Assembly: GCA_963809895.1 (NCBI GenBank)
Contig: CAWELD010000003.1
Span: 832,001 to 896,000 of the forward strand
Reading direction: 5' to 3'
DNA from: an uncultured Gemmatimonadales bacterium
GTDB lineage: Bacteria; Gemmatimonadota; Gemmatimonadetes; Longimicrobiales; Gaopeijiaceae
Length of the DNA stretch: 64,000 bases
Shown: positions 59,727-64,000 of the stretch, one piece after another
Numbering within the stretch: position 1 is the first letter of the stretch
Layout of the letters: the number at the start of each line of letters is the position of its first letter
Program-made: the position numbers and the translations under genes
Notes under the pieces: generated by a model
What the model saw: only the letters and a program-made list of their open reading frames with translations
Databases searched by the model: none
What the model was told of the DNA's origin: nothing

Positions 59727-61055
59727 ATGGACCTCCACGCAGGCCGGTCTCTCCACGCGTGCGAGATCGCCGAGCTCCTCTCGGAAGCCCGCCAGCGCAC
59801 CCTCCTTCTGGTGGCTCCGCTCACCGACGACGAGCTCCGTCGGCAGCACGATCCCCTCATGAGTCCCATCGTCTGGGATCTGGGCCACATCGCCCACTTC
59901 GAGGAGGTCTGGCTGCTGGAGAACGTGGAGGGTGAGGGCCCGGGAAGCGAGGGTCTGCGGGGGATGTATAACCCGTTCGAGCACCCCCGCTCCACCCGCG
60001 ACACCCTCCCGCTGCCGGGGCTGCGCGACGTCCGGGAGATCCTCGGGCGGGTCCGCAGAGCCGTCCTGGACCGGCTGACGACGCTGCCGCTCGAAGGCGA
60101 TCAGCCCCTCCTGCGCGACGGGTTCGTCTTCCGCATGGTGCTCCAGCACGAGTACCAGCACTGCGAGACGATCCTGCAGACGTTGCAGCTCATGCAGGGG
60201 CGCCACTATCCGGCCCCCAGGGCGGTGGTGGTCCCGCGCGCCACCGCTCCCGTCGGCGGCGCGCAGCCCGACGGCATGGTCCGGGTCCCGGGAGGCAGCT
60301 ACACGGTGGGGACCGACGACGCCAGCGAGGCCTACGACAACGAGCGCCCTCGACACCAGGTGTCTCTGGAGTCCTTTCTCATCGACGCGACCCCGGTCAC
60401 CAACGAGCGCTACCTCGAGTTCATGGCGGATGGCGGCTATCGGCGGCGAGAGCTGTGGGCCCCCGAGGGATGGGCGTGGCTCCAGGACGACGGAGCGGCG
60501 GCCCCCCGGCACTGGCGTCGGCAGGACGGCCGCTGGATGGAGCGCTTCATGGACCTGGAGCGGGAGGTGGACCCCCGGCGGCCCGTGTGCCACGTGTGTT
60601 ACTGGGAGGCGGACGCGTGGGCTCGCTGGGCCGGGAAACGGCTCCCCACGGAGCAGGAGTGGGAGGTGGCGGCCTGCTGGGATCCGGAAGGAGGGCGCGC
60701 GCGCCGGTTCCCCTGGGGCGACGAGCCCGCGACCCAGCGTCTGGCCAACGTCGATGCGGCCACCTTCGATACCGCGCCGGTGGGAGCCTACGCCGGCAAC
60801 GTCTCCCCCCTGGGATGCTACGGGATGATCGGCGACGTGTGGGAGTGGACGTCGACGGACTTCCACGGCTATCCGGGCTACCGGACGTTCCCCTACCCGG
60901 AGTATTCGGAGGCCTTCTTCGGCACCGAGTACAAGGTGCTGCGTGGGGGATCCTGGGCGACCCGGGGCGGGGCCGTCCGTGGCACCTTCAGGAACTGGGA
61001 CTATCCCATCCGTCGCCAGATCTTCTCCGGCTTCCGCTGTGCCCGCGATGCTTGA
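59727..61055 (+). CDS. egtB: Ergothioneine biosynthesis sulfoxide synthase
   Basis: DinB-like N-terminus (SPIVWDLGHIA, QHEYQHCE iron ligands) plus FGE-like domain ending RNWDYPIRRQIFSGFR. Confidence 0.92.
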   Translation: MDLHAGRSLHACEIAELLSEARQRTLLLVAPLTDDELRRQHDPLMSPIVWDLGHIAHFEEVWLLENVEGEGPGSEGLRGMYNPFEHPRSTRDTLPLPGLRDVREILGRVRRAVLDRLTTLPLEGDQPLLRDGFVFRMVLQHEYQHCETILQTLQLMQGRHYPAPRAVVVPRATAPVGGAQPDGMVRVPGGSYTVGTDDASEAYDNERPRHQVSLESFLIDATPVTNERYLEFMADGGYRRRELWAPEGWAWLQDDGAAAPRHWRRQDGRWMERFMDLEREVDPRRPVCHVCYWEADAWARWAGKRLPTEQEWEVAACWDPEGGRARRFPWGDEPATQRLANVDAATFDTAPVGAYAGNVSPLGCYGMIGDVWEWTSTDFHGYPGYRTFPYPEYSEAFFGTEYKVLRGGSWATRGGAVRGTFRNWDYPIRRQIFSGFRCARDA

Positions 61056-62028
61056 CATCGACACCTCGGGGGATGGATCGGCGGAACCCGCCGGGTTGGC
61101 CCGCCTGCGCGATGAGGTATGGGCCGGACTGCACCGCCGCGAGCTCAGCTCCAAGTGGTTCTACGACACCCGCGGCTCGCAGCTCTTCGAGGCCATCACC
61201 CGGTTGCCCGAGTATTACCCCACCCGCACCGAGCAGGCGCTCCTGGAGCGACACACGCCTCGCTGGATGGAGCGTGTGCGCCCGGCGTGCATCCTGGAGC
61301 TGGGAGCCGGTAGCGCCCGCAAGACGAGGGTGCTTCTCGACGCCATGGAAGCGGAGCGCCCCAGGGGGAGCTACCTGCCGGTGGACGTGAGCGCGGAGTT
61401 CCTCGACGCCACCGCAGAGGAGCTGAGGCGCGAATACCCCGATCTCACGGTGGAGCCCGTGGTCGCGGATCTGTCCAGGCCGTTGCGCCTCGACCGGTCC
61501 ATGCCACGCCCGCTGCTGGCGGCGCTCCTGGGTAGCACCATCGGCAACTTCCGGCCCCTGGCCGCGGTGCGGCTCCTCGGCGGCCTCGCCGGACTCATGC
61601 GTCCGGGCGACCGCTTCCTCATGGGCGCGGATCTTCGCCCCGGGCCCGGCAAGTCGCGGGGGGTGCTCGAGGCGGCGTACAACGACGCCGCCGGGGTCAC
61701 GGCCGAGTTCAACCTGAACATGCTGCGCCGCCTCAATCGCGAGGCTGGCACCGATTTCGACCTGTCCGCCTTTCGGCATCACGCCTGCTACGACGACGTA
61801 CAGGGACGCATCGAGATGTACCTGGTGCCTCAGCGCGACGTGCGCGTGAACGTTCCCGGGCGCGGGGCCGTGGCACTCGCCGCCGGCGAGGGACTGCGCA
61901 CCGAGATCTCGTGCAAGTACGATCTGGAGACCGTCGAGGCGCTCTTCGACGAGTCGGGTCTGGCGGTGGACGACTGGGTCACCGACGAGGGCCAGCGGTA
62001 CGCACTCGCCCTGGGGAGGCTCCGCTGA
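61048..62028 (+). CDS. egtD: L-histidine N-alpha-methyltransferase
   Basis: KWFYDTRGSQLFEAITRLPEYYPTRTE, ELGAGS, GSTIGN, AYNDAAGVTAEFNLN, TEISCKY. Confidence 0.95.
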   Translation: MLDIDTSGDGSAEPAGLARLRDEVWAGLHRRELSSKWFYDTRGSQLFEAITRLPEYYPTRTEQALLERHTPRWMERVRPACILELGAGSARKTRVLLDAMEAERPRGSYLPVDVSAEFLDATAEELRREYPDLTVEPVVADLSRPLRLDRSMPRPLLAALLGSTIGNFRPLAAVRLLGGLAGLMRPGDRFLMGADLRPGPGKSRGVLEAAYNDAAGVTAEFNLNMLRRLNREAGTDFDLSAFRHHACYDDVQGRIEMYLVPQRDVRVNVPGRGAVALAAGEGLRTEISCKYDLETVEALFDESGLAVDDWVTDEGQRYALALGRLR

Positions 62029-62033
62029 ATCCC

Positions 62034-63290
62034 GTGGGAGCGGCGCTCGAGACCGGCGCGCTGGAAGCCGACGTGCGCCGGCGCCTCTTCCAGGCGCCCG
62101 ATCCGTCCGCGCCGTTTCGGTTGGGAATGGAGGCGGAGGTGATCCCTCTGGACGCGGACAGTGGGCGCCCGTGTCCCATCGAGCCGTCGCCGGTGGAGCC
62201 GGGTGTGCGGCCGTCGGGGCCCGTCCTGCGTGCCTGGGCACGCCGCCGGGGCTGGTCCGAGACGAAGTCCGCGGCCGGCGCGCCCGCGTTTCGCGATCCC
62301 CGGGGCCGCCTCCTGTCGTTCGAGCCGGGTGGGCAGATCGAGTACAGCTCGCCCACGGCCGCCGATGCCGGGAGTCTGTTGGCCGACGTGCGCGCCGTGC
62401 TGGAGCCCCTGGCCGGCGAAGCGCTGGACGCGGGCATCCGGCTGCTGGCGCGCGGCATGGACCCCGACACGCCGGTGGCAGCCACCGCGCTCCGGGTGGA
62501 CGCCGACCGTTACCGTCGCATGAGCGCGCACTACGATCGGCACGGCCCCGCCGGCCGTCGAATGATGCGGCAGACGGCCGCGTTGCACCTGAACCTGGAC
62601 CTCGGAGCGCACCCTCGGGAGCGTTGGTGGGTCGCCAACGCACTGGTGCCCGCGTTGATCGCCCTGTTCGCGAACTCACCCCGCGCGGAGGGTCGTGCTT
62701 CGGGGTTTCGCAGCACGCGAGCCCAGCAATGGCGTGAGCTGGATCCGGCACGGACCGGCGTCCAGGGAAGGGAGGAGGATCCCGAGGCGGCTTACCTGGC
62801 GTTCGCCCTGGACGCTCCTGCCTTCCTCCTGGGTCCGGAGGATGGGCTCGCCCGATCGTTCCGGAGCTGGGCGGCCTCCGGTGCCGATACCGCCGACTGG
62901 CGCACACACCTGACCACGCTGTTCCCGGAAGTGCGTCCCCGGGGCTACCTGGAACTGCGCTGCCTGGACGCGCTCCCCCTCCGCTGGTACGGGGCGCCCC
63001 TGGCCCTGTGCACCGGGGTGCTGTGGAACGAGCCGACGCTGCGGGAGTCGCTGGAGGCATTGCCCGCGGCCGACGCGCACATCCTCGAACGGGCGGGACG
63101 CCACGGCCTGGCCGACCCGGAGGTCGCGGCGCGCGCCGCCCTGGCGCTGGACCTGGCGCTGACCGGTCTCCGACGCATGGGCGACGATGGATGGCCGGGC
63201 GGGGCGGACCTGCTCCAGGAGTTCCGCGACCGCTTCACGGCCTGCGGCATGGATCCCGGCCACGACGCGGCCGAGGACCTGCTGGACTGA
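62034..63290 (+). CDS. egtA: Glutamate-cysteine ligase (EgtA/GCS2-like)
   Basis: GMEAE, SFEPGGQIEYSS, MMRQTAALHLNLD, ALFANSP, HLTTLFPEVRPRGYLELR; start uncertain. Confidence 0.85.
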   Translation: MGAALETGALEADVRRRLFQAPDPSAPFRLGMEAEVIPLDADSGRPCPIEPSPVEPGVRPSGPVLRAWARRRGWSETKSAAGAPAFRDPRGRLLSFEPGGQIEYSSPTAADAGSLLADVRAVLEPLAGEALDAGIRLLARGMDPDTPVAATALRVDADRYRRMSAHYDRHGPAGRRMMRQTAALHLNLDLGAHPRERWWVANALVPALIALFANSPRAEGRASGFRSTRAQQWRELDPARTGVQGREEDPEAAYLAFALDAPAFLLGPEDGLARSFRSWAASGADTADWRTHLTTLFPEVRPRGYLELRCLDALPLRWYGAPLALCTGVLWNEPTLRESLEALPAADAHILERAGRHGLADPEVAARAALALDLALTGLRRMGDDGWPGGADLLQEFRDRFTACGMDPGHDAAEDLLD

Positions 63291-63292
63291 GC

Positions 63293-64000
63293 TCAGGGCA
63301 CCAGCACGGTCTGCCCGGCCGACGACGCGATGGCCGCCCCGAGGGGCACCGGCCGCCACGACGGATCCCCGTCCAACGCCTCGGAGGCGATCAACACGCC
63401 CCCGGAGGCCAGCGAGGCGCCGACCGACCAGTAGAGGGAGTTGCAGCGACCCTGACCCGCGGCGGCGTTCAGAACCCACACGCCGTCGGGCGCGGCCAGC
63501 GCCATGGTGAGGGGCGCCCACTCGCCGTCGTCCAGACGCCCCTCGACCTGCGCCACGACGGCCCTCAGAGCCTGGACCGGCTCCAGACCGGCTTCGAGCT
63601 GGGCCACCACCAGCAGGAAGAGCGTCTCCGCATCGCTCACGCCCTGGAGGGCGGCGTACAGGTCGTCCGGAAGGGCGGAGCGGAGGGCCCGCATGTGGCG
63701 CTCGCGGAAATCCGGCACCCAGCCGTTCAGCACGAAGGACCGCCTTCCGTGCACCAGCGGCAGCAGGCCGGCCCGGTCCACGGGCAGACCCGGGGTCGCG
63801 TTGCGCAGCGCGGCGAGAACGACGGTGGAGCGAACCGCGCCCAGCACCTGGCGAAGGTCTGGATCGTGCCAGATGGGCTCGGTGCGGGCGATCCGTGCGG
63901 GCGCGGCGGGCTCGTCCGCGCCCCCGGCCTCGGGATACCAGACCACCCCGTAGCCGTCGACGTTGACCGACCCGCTCAACAGCTCGCGCGGGGCCCAGCT
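63293..64000 (-). CDS. egtC: Class II glutamine amidotransferase, EgtC-like; 5' end outside the window
   Basis: NVDGYGVVWY, PIWHD, LAALRNATPG, SDAE, IASEALD; adjacent to egtBDA. Confidence 0.8.
   Translation of the reverse strand, partial: SWAPRELLSGSVNVDGYGVVWYPEAGGADEPAAPARIARTEPIWHDPDLRQVLGAVRSTVVLAALRNATPGLPVDRAGLLPLVHGRRSFVLNGWVPDFRERHMRALRSALPDDLYAALQGVSDAETLFLLVVAQLEAGLEPVQALRAVVAQVEGRLDDGEWAPLTMALAAPDGVWVLNAAAGQGRCNSLYWSVGASLASGGVLIASEALDGDPSWRPVPLGAAIASSAGQTVLVP

Noticed and set aside
59727..61055. egtB homologue as selenoneine synthase SenA, given the probable selenoprotein elsewhere
   Set aside because: No SenB glycosyltransferase or selD/SenC adjacent; neighbours are egtD, egtA and egtC.

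Overview
Very GC-rich bacterial chromosomal window. The gene content (PadR plus duplicated ABC permeases, TonB-dependent receptor, DUF5916-type and VPS10/BNR proteins, HEAT plus HD-GYP pair) suggests Gemmatimonadota or a similar lineage; this is inference. It carries histidine utilisation genes (hutH, hutU, hutF, hutI), a short rho, tesA/ybbA/ybbP, two ECF sigma/anti-sigma triads, cyclic-di-GMP enzymes, a class A beta-lactamase-like gene near a BlaR1(M56)-TonB fusion, pheA, proline dehydrogenase, thrC, thrB, asnB, and an ergothioneine cluster (egtB/D/A/C) beside an osmoprotectant-type ABC importer. No rRNA, tRNA, CRISPR array or transposase was seen. The main hidden signals are: (1) an AhpD/CMD-like gene with an in-frame TGA at the second Cys position of CxxC, followed by a SECIS-like hairpin, i.e. 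a probable selenoprotein coupled to hutH; (2) two similarly built promoter/leader-ORF/terminator attenuator candidates before pheA and thrB-asnB, the latter with an Asn-rich leader; (3) a BlaI-type TACAnnTGTA box before the BlaR1-TonB gene; (4) a roughly 72-nt segment with antisense coding signature inside a lipoprotein gene; (5) three single-base frameshifts that may be sequencing errors.
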